In this document: positions 19,634 through 29,671 of the stretch, piece after piece
Position numbering within the stretch: the stretch's first letter is position 1
Layout: every line of letters starts with the position of its first letter
Origin: Flavobacteriia bacterium
Lineage (GTDB): Bacteria; Bacteroidota; Bacteroidia; Flavobacteriales; Flavobacteriaceae
NCBI GenBank assembly: GCA_002747695.1
Contig: PDQD01000050.1
Span: 1-63,298, forward strand
DNA length: 63,298 nucleotides
Direction: 5' to 3'
Made by a program: the position numbers and the translations under genes
Notes under the pieces: model-generated
What the model was told of the DNA's origin: nothing
What the model saw: only the letters and a program-made list of their open reading frames with translations
The model's database searches: none

Positions 19634-20211
19634 CCGTTTTGAAGCAATTTTTTTCTTATCCTGCTCAATTGAACCGGTGTGATACCGAGATAAGACGCAA
19701 TATGAAACTGGGGAATTTTATTATCCAATTGTGGAATTCTCTGCCTCAACGACAAATACCGCCGGGTAGCATCCATAGTCGCTAATTGAATGATTTCGGT
19801 TTCCCGTTTGATAAAAAACTCTTCTAAAACCTTGATATGAATCTTATACAATACAGTATATTGCTCTTCCAGTCTGATGATTTGCTCGTAATCTATCACC
19901 AAAACCTCACAATCTGTTAAGCATTCCAAAGTAATAGCCGAGGGAATTTTCTGAATCAGTGCAGAAAAAGACGCCATCATTTCATGTTTGGTAAAAAAAA
20001 CTCTGTTATACTCTTTGTGATCCTGATGTTTCAAATAGCCTCTGACAATGCCATCATTTAAAAAATAACATACTTCGGGAACTTCTCCTTCACGACATAA
20101 CACATCGCCTTTTTTAAACGTTTTTTGTTCAAAATAAGGTTCTAATTGTTGCTTAAGCGATTCGTCAACAGGCTCAAACTCATTTAAAAAATCAAACATA
20201 TTGAAGGGCAT
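19630..20211 (-). CDS. Crp/Fnr family transcriptional regulator
   Basis: cNMP-binding beta-roll (..FKKGDVLCREGEVPEVCYFLNDGIVRGY..) and C-terminal HTH ..IASYLGITPVQLSRIRKKL. Confidence 0.8.
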   Translation of the reverse strand: MPFNMFDFLNEFEPVDESLKQQLEPYFEQKTFKKGDVLCREGEVPEVCYFLNDGIVRGYLKHQDHKEYNRVFFTKHEMMASFSALIQKIPSAITLECLTDCEVLVIDYEQIIRLEEQYTVLYKIHIKVLEEFFIKRETEIIQLATMDATRRYLSLRQRIPQLDNKIPQFHIASYLGITPVQLSRIRKKLLQNG

Positions 20212-20276
20212 ATCTATCGTATGTTTTCAAGTTGTAAATATCACTTATTGAAAGGGCTACCGGTAACATCTAACGT

Positions 20277-20891
20277 CTAACCCTTCATATCATTGGTCAT
20301 CAAATAGCTTATAGCATTCCCCCCCTCATTAAACAATAAATCCAGAATACTCAGGTTGGGTATAAAGCCCTGTTTATTGTCAAAAACCTGAATATAAGGT
20401 TTCATTGAGGGTACAGACGAACGCTTGAAATCTGCTAACGAACGTAAATCTTTTGGGTCTGTATAGGTTAAATGATAATCAGAGGTTTTAGTATAACTTA
20501 TTGAGCGGTCGAGTAATTGGAAGCTCAAATCTATGGTTTTAAATAAAAAATCTATCAGGAATTGTTCCTTTTGATTGTAAATGACCGCAATATAATCTTC
20601 ATAAAATTCAAAAAAAGGCGAAGAACGGTAAGCATTTTCCAATGACTTAAAGTGATTTCTCTGCCAGTTAAAATCATTTTCTATACGTACATCCCTGGTC
20701 AATTGTCTTTGATTTTTCACGTGTTTGATCGGAATAATCAAATCCAGTTTACCATTGGCTGCATAGATACTGCAACGGGTTCTGTAGGTTTGCTTTTGGT
20801 AATGGTCAAACAGTTCAAAAACAGCTTGTTCATCCTTTACCAAATAACTGAAAGTTTCTATCGTAGGGAAATATGTAGGCTGATATATCAA
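20277..20891 (-). CDS. WbqC family protein
   Basis: N-terminus MIYQPTYFPTIETFSYL... and a size of about 200 aa are typical of WbqC-like proteins. Confidence 0.6.
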   Translation of the reverse strand: MIYQPTYFPTIETFSYLVKDEQAVFELFDHYQKQTYRTRCSIYAANGKLDLIIPIKHVKNQRQLTRDVRIENDFNWQRNHFKSLENAYRSSPFFEFYEDYIAVIYNQKEQFLIDFLFKTIDLSFQLLDRSISYTKTSDYHLTYTDPKDLRSLADFKRSSVPSMKPYIQVFDNKQGFIPNLSILDLLFNEGGNAISYLMTNDMKG

Positions 20892-20934
20892 GACATTAAT
20901 TTTAAATCGTGAATCATAAAAATGTCATCAATAA

Positions 20935-22506
20935 TTATTGATTCTTACGTTTTTTATAGGATGAATAACCCATAATTAAGACCAGTACTATGATTACAGG
21001 AATAAGGTATGAAGTGGGTTCACCTTCTCCTTTGACCGTCGTAAACATTCTGTTCCAACGGATGCGTTGAAAGAATGATTTAGGATTATTGGGATTAAAA
21101 CGCTCTACAGACCACCAGATCAAAACGGGTTTACCCACTATATGGTCATAAGGCACATAACCCCAGTAACGGGAATCTTCAGAATTATGACGGTTATCTC
21201 CCATCATCCAGTAATAATCCTGTCTAAAAGTATAAGAATCTATCACCTGACCATTGAGTAGGATCTCATCTCCGGCGACTTCAATGGTATTATTTTTATC
21301 TTCATATTCCTCAATCACCCGTTGATAAAAAGGTAAAGTCTCAAGGTTGATCGCCACAGTGGCGCCTTTTTTGGGCACATATACCGGGCCAAAATTATCG
21401 ATAGTCCACCTATAGTTAGGATTATTGGGAAAGATATTAGACTTATAAGTCTTGGAAGTATCTAATAACTTCTCAACTTTTTTAATTTGATTCTTCTGAC
21501 GTAATTCTTCTGCCAACTCATCCGTTAAATTCATAAAGATCTTTTTGTCTTTGGTGACAAAATATTCTGTAATATTATTCTTATTAGCAAAATTCTGCAA
21601 ACCAGTATAACCCGGAACTTGTTCTACCTCATAATAATATTGCAATTTAGCTCTTACCGGATAGGCTTGTTTCTCACCATTGATATACACATCACCGTTT
21701 TTAATCTCCAGTGAATCACCGGCAACGGCCACACAGCGTTTGACATAATTTGATTTTTTATCTACGGGCTTGTCAACATGAATACCGGAACGGTCTCTAA
21801 AAAATCTTACCGTATCTGTAGGCCAATAAAACACAACGATATCATTGCGTTTCACCTTTTGAAAACCCGGTAATCTCAAACCGGGTATTTGAGGTTTGGA
21901 AATATACGACTTGAATTTCAGTTTAGTAAATGGAATCCTGACTGTATCATGAAACATAGGTACTGACAAAGGTGTCTGAGGCACCAATGGCCCATAGTGC
22001 ATTTTACTCACAAATAAAAAATCCCCTACCAATAAAGTTTTTTCCAATGAGGATGTGGGAATATTGTAAGGTCTGATAAAATAAATATGAATAATCGAAG
22101 CTGCCACTACCGCAAAAGCAATAGCAGTCGTCCATTCTCCGGCTCTGGTATAGGGTTTTAATTGACGGTCAGCATTGTACTTGGTTTTGGGATCATAATT
22201 GAGCACATAGAGGTAAAAGCCCAACGTAAGCACCACCACAAATAACTCGCCGGTTTTTTCTTTACCAAAACTCCTTGCCGTTTCTACCCAAATGGCCGGA
22301 AACATCAATAAATTGATGATGGGGATAAAGAGTAAGATGACCCACCACCATGGCCTATTCATTATTTTGGTCAGAACAATTGCATTGTAAACAGGCACAG
22401 CTGCTTCCCAGGATTTCCTACCTGCTTTCTGGTATAACCGCCAGGTACCTAGAAAGTGGATAACCTGAATAATAATAAAAAATATCAACCAACTTGTAAA
22501 TGTCAT
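20935..22506 (-). CDS. lepB: Signal peptidase I (long Bacteroidota form)
   Basis: Catalytic Ser box ..IPTSSLEKTLLVGDFLFVSK.., Lys box ..YVKRCVAVAGD.., and ..GDNRHNSEDSRYWGYVP.. Confidence 0.9.
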   Translation of the reverse strand: MTFTSWLIFFIIIQVIHFLGTWRLYQKAGRKSWEAAVPVYNAIVLTKIMNRPWWWVILLFIPIINLLMFPAIWVETARSFGKEKTGELFVVVLTLGFYLYVLNYDPKTKYNADRQLKPYTRAGEWTTAIAFAVVAASIIHIYFIRPYNIPTSSLEKTLLVGDFLFVSKMHYGPLVPQTPLSVPMFHDTVRIPFTKLKFKSYISKPQIPGLRLPGFQKVKRNDIVVFYWPTDTVRFFRDRSGIHVDKPVDKKSNYVKRCVAVAGDSLEIKNGDVYINGEKQAYPVRAKLQYYYEVEQVPGYTGLQNFANKNNITEYFVTKDKKIFMNLTDELAEELRQKNQIKKVEKLLDTSKTYKSNIFPNNPNYRWTIDNFGPVYVPKKGATVAINLETLPFYQRVIEEYEDKNNTIEVAGDEILLNGQVIDSYTFRQDYYWMMGDNRHNSEDSRYWGYVPYDHIVGKPVLIWWSVERFNPNNPKSFFQRIRWNRMFTTVKGEGEPTSYLIPVIIVLVLIMGYSSYKKRKNQ

Positions 22507-22524
22507 TTCTTTAATTTTATGTGT

Positions 22525-23241
22525 TTAATCTAATGAATCCAATCCTAAAACATCGGACATTGTAAAAATCCCTTTTTTATCTGCAATATATTCTGCCGCC
22601 AGTACAGCCCCCAAAGCAAAACCACTTCGGTTATGAGCTTCGTGTTTTATACTGATACTGTCTATCTCAGAACGGTAGGTAATCTCATGCGTTCCCGTCA
22701 CCTCGTCTTTTCTGATAGATTTGATGGGTAAGCCTTCTTCCGGCGCTTTATCGCTGTCTATCGACACCCAACGCATATGATCTGCATAAATCAACAGTTG
22801 CTCAGCCAATGTAATAGCCGTACCACTGGGAGCATCCAGTTTATGAATATGATGTGTTTCTTCTATCAACGGTTTGTAATCGTAGGGTTGGATAAGCTTA
22901 GCGAGATATTTATTAAGCTTAAAAAACAGGTTAACTCCCGGACTAAAGTTTGACGCGTAAAGAAAGCTACCACCGTGTTCTTGACAAAGAGCAACGGCCT
23001 CATCATAGCGATCCAACCATCCAGTAGTACCGCTTACTACAGGAATATTGTTCGTCAATGCTTGTGAAATATTGCTGAATGCAGCATCAGGAAGACTGAA
23101 GTCTATGGCTACATCGGCATTTTTAAAATCAATAACGTCAGTCGGTTCGTCGATTTTGGCCACAATAGAATGTCCTCTATCCAATGCTATCTGTTCAATA
23201 GCACGACCCATTTTTCCGTATCCCAATAATATAATGTTCAT
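22525..23241 (-). CDS. dapB: 4-hydroxy-tetrahydrodipicolinate reductase
   Basis: MNIILLGYGKMG Rossmann N-terminus and ..EETHHIHKLDAPSGTA.. Confidence 0.9.
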   Translation of the reverse strand: MNIILLGYGKMGRAIEQIALDRGHSIVAKIDEPTDVIDFKNADVAIDFSLPDAAFSNISQALTNNIPVVSGTTGWLDRYDEAVALCQEHGGSFLYASNFSPGVNLFFKLNKYLAKLIQPYDYKPLIEETHHIHKLDAPSGTAITLAEQLLIYADHMRWVSIDSDKAPEEGLPIKSIRKDEVTGTHEITYRSEIDSISIKHEAHNRSGFALGAVLAAEYIADKKGIFTMSDVLGLDSLD

Positions 23242-23253
23242 GGGTGTATTGTT

Positions 23254-23793
23254 TTAAAATGAATATTTTACCGCCAAACCTACAACCTGATTTGCATAAC
23301 TATCTTCAGGTCGTACAAAAGGTGTAATGGTCAATTGATCGTCTGTATTATGATAATACAGATGCGCATCCACACTGGCTTCCACTATTTGTAACACATA
23401 AAGACCGGCTGTAACAAGTAACGATAAATCCCTGTTCTTTTTATGGTACTCCTGCGCACTTTGGAGTGTGCTTTCTGATACATTGGGCAAACCGTTATCT
23501 TCTCCCAGTTTCAACAGTTTAAAAGCTGTTCTATACTCGTGGTACCGGTCATTATTGAATGCATAAAAATATACTCCGACACCTAATGCACCGTAAACCA
23601 ACGGGATCTTCCAATAATCCCTATTGTAAGCCTGCCCCAATCCCGGTAAAACAGCACTGTAAAAAGCCACTTTCATGGGTTTAACAGCTATCATATACGT
23701 CTTATCAACTGCTGTTGAATCCTTGACATGTTCCTGAGCGACAATACGCCCAAACATAAACAGACATAGTATGAAAACCCCGATTTTGTACAC
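23254..23793 (-). CDS. DUF5683-like membrane protein
   Basis: Signal peptide, motif ..SAVLPGLGQAYN..YWK.P.., and the conserved position downstream of parB in Bacteroidota. Confidence 0.55.
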   Translation of the reverse strand: MYKIGVFILCLFMFGRIVAQEHVKDSTAVDKTYMIAVKPMKVAFYSAVLPGLGQAYNRDYWKIPLVYGALGVGVYFYAFNNDRYHEYRTAFKLLKLGEDNGLPNVSESTLQSAQEYHKKNRDLSLLVTAGLYVLQIVEASVDAHLYYHNTDDQLTITPFVRPEDSYANQVVGLAVKYSF

Positions 23794-24680
23794 TAACTTA
23801 ACAACTTTTTAATACGTATCAAATCTTCCTGAGAATTAAAAGGTATCATCACCTGACCTTTACCGTTCTTACCGACCTTTAGTTTGACATTCTGACCAAA
23901 AAAGTCAGAAAAATACTGTCTGGTTTCCTCCAGATGTTCCGGTAATACCGGCGCTTTGGCAGTAGTGGTTTTGGGCGTTCTAAACTGTTTAACCAATTCC
24001 TCTGTTTGACGTACAGACAGACTCTTATCTATAATCTTTTTATAAAGTATCATCTGATCATCAAAGGATTCAATATTGACCAAAGCTCTACCGTGCCCCA
24101 TACTGATAAAACCATCCCGCATACCCATTTGTACAATAGGATCCAGTTTTAATAATCTCAGATAATTGGTTACTGTGGCTCTTTTCTTACCTACCCTTTT
24201 GGACAGATCTTCCTGGGTCATTTCCAGTTCGTCTATCATACGTTGGTAGGACAAGGCAACTTCTATAGGATCCAAATCACGGCGTTGGATGTTTTCTACC
24301 AACGCCATTTCCAGCATTTCACCGTCATCGGCTATACGCACATACGCCGGTATGGTTTCCATACCTATACTCTTGGCAGCCCGCCAACGGCGTTCTCCGG
24401 AAACCAATTGAAATCTGTTTCCTTCCAATTTTCTAACCGTAATAGGCTGAATAACACCAAGCTCCTTAATAGAGTGGGCTAATTCCTGTAACTCTTCAGC
24501 GTTAAAATTTATTCTGGGTTGGAATGGGTTAGCCTCAATGGCTTCAACTTCTATGACTACCATATTTCCAATAACCTTTTCCGCCCCTTGATCTGAAGCT
24601 GACGAAATATTGTGTATGGGTTCTTTAAATAAGGCAGACAACCCCTTCCCCATTGCCGGTCTTTTACTTGTTTTTGCCAT
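23793..24680 (-). CDS. parB: Chromosome partitioning protein ParB/Spo0J
   Basis: ..NPFQPR....EL.EL..SI...G.IQPI.VR.....F.LVSGERRWRAA.. and an HTH. Confidence 0.9.
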   Translation of the reverse strand: MAKTSKRPAMGKGLSALFKEPIHNISSASDQGAEKVIGNMVVIEVEAIEANPFQPRINFNAEELQELAHSIKELGVIQPITVRKLEGNRFQLVSGERRWRAAKSIGMETIPAYVRIADDGEMLEMALVENIQRRDLDPIEVALSYQRMIDELEMTQEDLSKRVGKKRATVTNYLRLLKLDPIVQMGMRDGFISMGHGRALVNIESFDDQMILYKKIIDKSLSVRQTEELVKQFRTPKTTTAKAPVLPEHLEETRQYFSDFFGQNVKLKVGKNGKGQVMIPFNSQEDLIRIKKLLS

Positions 24681-25437
24681 GATTCTTTAAAATTTCATTT
24701 GCCAAACTTATATAATTTTTTGCACCTTTGGAAGTTACATCAAAGGAAATAATCGATTCTCCAAAACTGGGGGCTTCACTCAGCTTAACATTTCTATGAA
24801 TAACCGTATCAAACACCATAGACTGGAAATGTTTTCTCACTTCTTCCACCACTTGGTTAGACAGACGTAATCTGGTATCATACATGGTCAGTAACAACCC
24901 CTCTACATCCAGATTCTTATTGTGTATCTGTTGAACATTCTTTATGGTATTAAGCAGTTTACCCAGACCTTCCAATGCAAAATATTCACATTGGATAGGA
25001 ATCAAAACAGCATCTGCCGCTACCAGAGCATTCAGGGTCAATAACCCCAAAGACGGCGCACAATCTATCAATATATAATCATACTTTTCTCTTATCCCCT
25101 TCAAAGCATCCCGTAACATATACTCACGGTTTTCATTTTCAACCAATTCTATCTCTGCAGCTACCAAATCTATATGTGCAGGGATAAGGTCCAAATTAGG
25201 CGAATCGGTTGGGATAATGGTATCCTCAGTTGTCAATAAATGCTCTATCAATTGGTAAGAGCCCATGGCGACTTCTTCTACATCAACACCTAATCCGGAG
25301 GTGGCATTAGCCTGAGGATCTACATCTATCAAAAGGACTTTTTTTTCCAATACTCCTAAAGCAGCCGCAAGATTAACCGTCGTTGTGGTTTTCCCCACAC
25401 CGCCTTTTTGATTGGCAACAGCAATGATTCTACCCAT
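24664..25437 (-). CDS. parA: Chromosome partitioning ATPase ParA/Soj
   Basis: Deviant Walker A NQKGGVGKTT. Start moved to the ATG at 25437 (MGRIIAVANQKGG; cat at 25435-25437 verified). Confidence 0.9.
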   Translation of the reverse strand: MGRIIAVANQKGGVGKTTTTVNLAAALGVLEKKVLLIDVDPQANATSGLGVDVEEVAMGSYQLIEHLLTTEDTIIPTDSPNLDLIPAHIDLVAAEIELVENENREYMLRDALKGIREKYDYILIDCAPSLGLLTLNALVAADAVLIPIQCEYFALEGLGKLLNTIKNVQQIHNKNLDVEGLLLTMYDTRLRLSNQVVEEVRKHFQSMVFDTVIHRNVKLSEAPSFGESIISFDVTSKGAKNYISLANEILKNHGKNK

Positions 25438-25544
25438 AAAATTTGATTGTTTTTTGTGCTTGTAAAAATACATTAATTTAGTATTTACCAAAACCCGAAA
25501 GCCCTGATAGCGTCATTTTTTAACAACCCTTTACAATCTGAATG

Positions 25545-27005
25545 TTACTTTTTGGGAATATTTTTAAGGATTTCCAATAAATAAGCCCAAAATTTCTGTA
25601 CTGATGGAATATTAGCACGTTCATCCGGAGAATGTGCACCCTTGATGGTAGGACCAAATGAAATCATGTCCATACCCGGATAGTTACGACCGAGAATACC
25701 GCATTCCAAGCCTGCATGACACGCCACTATCTGAGGTTTTTCCTTAAACATTTCAGTGTATAATCCGGTCATAACGTTGAGAATAGGTGATTCCGGATTG
25801 GGTTGCCAACCGGGATACGACCCTGAAAAGGTCACTTCGTATTTAGCCAATTCAAATGCAGAACGTAAAGCATGTGCTAAATCCATCTTAGTACTTTCTA
25901 CAGAAGAACGAGTAAGACATTCTATTTTTATTTCACCATTTTCAACAGTGATTTTTGCAATATTATTTGAAGTTTCCACTAAGTCCTCCATATCAGGGCT
26001 CATACGGTACACACCATTATGAGCTGTATAGACTGTTTTTATAAACGTGATAAAATTATGGGTATCCATAGTAGATTTGTACTTCTCTTCACAGGGTTCC
26101 AAAGTAATTTCTAATCCCGGATCCATCACTTTAAATTCTTTTTTAAGTACGGCTGCACTTGCTTTGATCTGATCTTCAAAAACTTGTTTCTTAGCTTCAG
26201 GCACAGCTAAAACCGCTACACTTTCCCGTGGAATAGCATTGCGTAAGCTACCACCGTGTAGTGCGACCAGTTTTATTTCAAAATCAAAAGATTCATAGAG
26301 TAAACGATTCATGATCTTGTTGGCGTTACCCAATCCGCGGTGAATATCCATACCGGAATGACCGCCGTTTAAACCGCCTACCACAAGTTTCATCAAAATA
26401 TTATCTTGTAAAATATCTTTTTGTATGTATGACCCTTTAGCTGTGATATCTATACCTCCGGCACAACCTATATCTATCTCATCGTCATCTTCAGTGTCGA
26501 GATTAAGCAAAATCTCACCGTCAAGATAACCGGCTTGCAAACCTTGTGCTCCGGTCATACCTGTTTCTTCATCAATAGTGAAAAGCGCTTCCAGTGGCGG
26601 ATGTGGAATATCAGTTGATTCAAGAATACTCATAATAGCTGCTACCCCAAGGCCGTTGTCTGCACCCAGCGTTGTACCATCTGCCGTTACCCAATCACCA
26701 TCGATTAGCATTTTTATGCCTTCATTATCAAAATCAAAAACAGTATCATTGTTTTTTTGATGAACCATATCAAGGTGAGATTGCAACACCACTGTTTTGC
26801 GGTCTTCCATACCCGGTGTTGCCGGTTTTTTTATGATGACATTTTCTACATCATCTATAACAGTTTCTAAACCCAGTTTTTTACCAAAGTCGGCCATAAA
26901 TTTGATGACTTTAGCTTCTTTCTTTGAACCGCGGGGAACAGCATTAAGATCTGCAAAATGGTTCCATAAGACTTTTGGTTCTATGGCTCTTATATCAGTA
27001 TTCAT
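25545..27005 (-). CDS. pepD: Aminoacyl-histidine (Xaa-His) dipeptidase, M20 family
   Basis: ..LQSHLDMV...DG.W..A.GTTLGADNG.G.A... and ..HAGLECG.. Confidence 0.85.
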   Translation of the reverse strand: MNTDIRAIEPKVLWNHFADLNAVPRGSKKEAKVIKFMADFGKKLGLETVIDDVENVIIKKPATPGMEDRKTVVLQSHLDMVHQKNNDTVFDFDNEGIKMLIDGDWVTADGTTLGADNGLGVAAIMSILESTDIPHPPLEALFTIDEETGMTGAQGLQAGYLDGEILLNLDTEDDDEIDIGCAGGIDITAKGSYIQKDILQDNILMKLVVGGLNGGHSGMDIHRGLGNANKIMNRLLYESFDFEIKLVALHGGSLRNAIPRESVAVLAVPEAKKQVFEDQIKASAAVLKKEFKVMDPGLEITLEPCEEKYKSTMDTHNFITFIKTVYTAHNGVYRMSPDMEDLVETSNNIAKITVENGEIKIECLTRSSVESTKMDLAHALRSAFELAKYEVTFSGSYPGWQPNPESPILNVMTGLYTEMFKEKPQIVACHAGLECGILGRNYPGMDMISFGPTIKGAHSPDERANIPSVQKFWAYLLEILKNIPKK

Positions 27006-27080
27006 AATAAATATATGTTTTAAATGGTTGAGGTTTTGTCCTTTGATGGATATTGTAAGTTTTTAACCAACAATAACGTC

Positions 27081-27119
27081 AAAAAAATATCCCGTAAAAT
27101 TACAAAAAAGTACGGGATA
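27081..27119 (-). terminator. Second intrinsic terminator downstream of sucD
   Basis: Stem TATCCCGTA (27088-27096) pairs with TACGGGATA (27111-27119). A7 on the plus strand gives U7 after the hairpin on the minus strand. Confidence 0.55.
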
Positions 27120-27171
27120 ATCCTTAAGGGATTTTAGCCTAATTATAACAAAAATCACAGACAACAGACCT

Positions 27172-27207
27172 AAAAAAACCTGTAATGAATTGACATTACA
27201 GGTTTTA
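27172..27207 (-). terminator. Intrinsic terminator of sucD (potentially bidirectional)
   Basis: 10-bp stem ACCTGTAATG (27178-27187) pairs with CATTACAGGT (27194-27203). Flanked by A7 upstream and TTTT downstream. Confidence 0.65.
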
Positions 27208-27287
27208 ACAAGATTATAATTACTTAACTACTGAAAAACTGTTAAACAATAACTAGTTTATTTTTTTCAGCAGACTTTAATCAGTTA

Positions 27288-28163
27288 TTATTTTTTAAGC
27301 ACTTCTGCTACTTTTTTTCCAATTTCAGCAGGTGATTCAACCACGTGAATACCATTTTCAGCCAAAATTTTCATTTTAGCTTGCGCAGTATCGTCTTTAC
27401 CACCTACAATAGCACCGGCATGACCCATAGTACGGCCTTTTGGCGCTGTTTGCCCGGCAATAAATCCAATGACAGGCTTACGGTTACCGTCAGCTTTCAC
27501 CCATTTAGCAGCTTCAGCTTCAAGATTTCCACCAATTTCACCAATCATAACGATGGCTTCAGTCTCAGGATCATTCATAAAGAGTTCTACAGCTTCTTTG
27601 GTTGTTGTTCCAATGATAGGGTCACCACCTATACCAATAGCCGTAGTGATACCCAAACCTTGCTTAACCACCTGATCCGCTGCCTCATAAGTCAACGTAC
27701 CTGATTTTGATACAATCCCTACTTTTCCTTTTTTAAAGACAAAGCCGGGCATAATACCTACTTTAGCTTCACCGGGTGTGATAACACCTGGACAGTTAGG
27801 ACCAACCAATCGGGTGTCATATTTTTTAAGATATTCTTGTACTTTTACCATATCGGCTACGGGAATACCTTCTGTAATACAGATGACGACTTTGATTCCG
27901 GCTTCGGCGGCTTCCATAATGGCATCGGCAGCAAAAGCGGGTGGAACAAATATGATAGACGTATCGGCTTTGACCTGATCTACAGCATCCTTAACGGTGT
28001 CAAAAACAGGTTTGCCCAAATGGGTTTGTCCACCTTTTTTAGGGGTAACACCACCTACGACATTGGTACCGTATTCTATCATTTGACCGGCGTGAAATGT
28101 TCCTTCGCCTCCGGTGAAACCTTGAACGATTATTCTGGAATTCTTATTAACTAATACACTCAT
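27288..28163 (-). CDS. sucD: Succinate--CoA ligase subunit alpha
   Basis: ..VQGFTG..GTFH......YGT..VGGVTP.KGG.. and the phosphohistidine loop ..GHAGAI.. Confidence 0.95.
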   Translation of the reverse strand: MSVLVNKNSRIIVQGFTGGEGTFHAGQMIEYGTNVVGGVTPKKGGQTHLGKPVFDTVKDAVDQVKADTSIIFVPPAFAADAIMEAAEAGIKVVICITEGIPVADMVKVQEYLKKYDTRLVGPNCPGVITPGEAKVGIMPGFVFKKGKVGIVSKSGTLTYEAADQVVKQGLGITTAIGIGGDPIIGTTTKEAVELFMNDPETEAIVMIGEIGGNLEAEAAKWVKADGNRKPVIGFIAGQTAPKGRTMGHAGAIVGGKDDTAQAKMKILAENGIHVVESPAEIGKKVAEVLKK

Positions 28164-28213
28164 GATTGGGTTTTATGGTTTTATGATTTCTTAAAAAACT
28201 AATATTGTTTGCA

Positions 28214-28221
28214 CAAAAATA
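28214..28221 (-). promoter_or_regulatory. Candidate -7 box (TATTTTTG) for sucD
   Basis: Plus-strand CAAAAATA is TATTTTTG on the minus strand and matches TAnnTTTG. It lies 51 nt upstream of the sucD ATG (28163). Confidence 0.3.
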
Positions 28222-28282
28222 ATGTTAAACATTGGTTTGTGAAAGTAAAAATCTAAATTCTATTGTAAAATTTATCGACGAA

Positions 28283-28843
28283 CTAAACGCGCTCTAAATA
28301 TTTACCGCTAGTGGTATCTATTTTGACTTTATCACCTTCGTTGATAAACAAAGGAACATTAACTGTTGCACCTGTTTCTACAGTAGCCTGCTTGGTTGCA
28401 TTGGTTGCTGTATTACCTTTGACACCCGGTTCTGTTTCCGTAACTGTCAAAACAACATTGGCAGGCATTTCTACAGACAACGGGGTTTCATCTTCGGCTC
28501 TGATCAAAACTGTCACCACTTCGCCTTCTTTGAGCAAATCAGGGGCATCCATACTTTCTTTGGGTAAGGTAATCTGGTTATAATCATCTGTATTCATAAA
28601 GTGATAAATATCACCTTCCGGGTACAAATACTGATACTTACGAGCTTCTACCCTTACTTCATCTATTTTGTGTCCGGCAGAGAAAGTATTGTCTATAACT
28701 TTACCTGTAGTGATGCTTTTTAATTTTGTTCTGACAAATGCCGGTCCTTTACCGGGTTTGACATGCAAAAATTCTATGATTTTAAAAATGTCGTTATTGT
28801 AATTAATACACAATCCTTTTCTGATATCTGATGTATTGGCCAT
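28283..28843 (-). CDS. efp: Elongation factor P
   Basis: ..F.HVKPGKG.AFVRTKLK...G.. and ..TEPGVKG.TA....K.A..ETG.. Confidence 0.95.
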   Translation of the reverse strand: MANTSDIRKGLCINYNNDIFKIIEFLHVKPGKGPAFVRTKLKSITTGKVIDNTFSAGHKIDEVRVEARKYQYLYPEGDIYHFMNTDDYNQITLPKESMDAPDLLKEGEVVTVLIRAEDETPLSVEMPANVVLTVTETEPGVKGNTATNATKQATVETGATVNVPLFINEGDKVKIDTTSGKYLERV

Positions 28844-28882
28844 AAATTTAATTTTAATTACCTTATTTTAATATTATATTTT

Positions 28883-29671
28883 TCAATGTCTTATACTTGT
28901 AAACCCTTTCATTATACCTCTCGGGGATTGCTTGATGAATGCTATGATTTCATCCCTTTCTTCAGAGGCTTGTAATTCTGTCTCTACGACCATAAGGGCT
29001 TGATTATTGTTGTAATTTTTTTGGAATATTATCCTGTAGATATTCTGAATTTCATTGATTTTATCTTGTGAAAAACCTCTGCGCTTTAAACCGGTGGAAT
29101 TAATACCTATAAATGATACAGGGTCTTTTCCGGCTTTGGTGTAAGGAGGAATGTCTTTTCTCACCAATGAACCTCCCGAAATAATGGTATGTTTACCAAT
29201 GTGTACAAACTGATGTACAGCAGATAATCCTCCCAGTATCGCATAGTCACCGACCTCAACGTGACCTGCCAAAGCTACGGCATTAGCAACAATACAGTTA
29301 TTTCCCAAAACACAATCATGAGCTACATGGGCTGTTGCCATAATCAGACAATTATTACCCACTCTTGTCTCTCCGGATGCTTTAGTTCCTCTATTGATAG
29401 TGACCCCTTCTCTAATGGTGGTATTATCACCTATGACAGCCAGCGTTTCTTCACCTTCAAATTTCAAATCCTGAGGGATAGCAGAAATAACTGCACCGGG
29501 AAATATTCTACAATTCTTACCTATACGGGCACCGGACATAATGGTAACATTCGAACTAATCCACGTTCCGTCTCCTATTTCTACCCCCGCTTCTATGTTA
29601 GTAAAAGGACCTATAGTCACATTTTTACCGATTTTGGCATCAGGGTGTATATATGCTAATGACTGGTTCAT
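28883..29671 (-). CDS. lpxA: Acyl-ACP--UDP-N-acetylglucosamine O-acyltransferase
   Basis: Left-handed beta-helix hexapeptide repeats and a C-terminal helical domain. Located in the lpxD / lpxC-fabZ / lpxA operon. Confidence 0.9.
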   Translation of the reverse strand: MNQSLAYIHPDAKIGKNVTIGPFTNIEAGVEIGDGTWISSNVTIMSGARIGKNCRIFPGAVISAIPQDLKFEGEETLAVIGDNTTIREGVTINRGTKASGETRVGNNCLIMATAHVAHDCVLGNNCIVANAVALAGHVEVGDYAILGGLSAVHQFVHIGKHTIISGGSLVRKDIPPYTKAGKDPVSFIGINSTGLKRRGFSQDKINEIQNIYRIIFQKNYNNNQALMVVETELQASEERDEIIAFIKQSPRGIMKGFTSIRH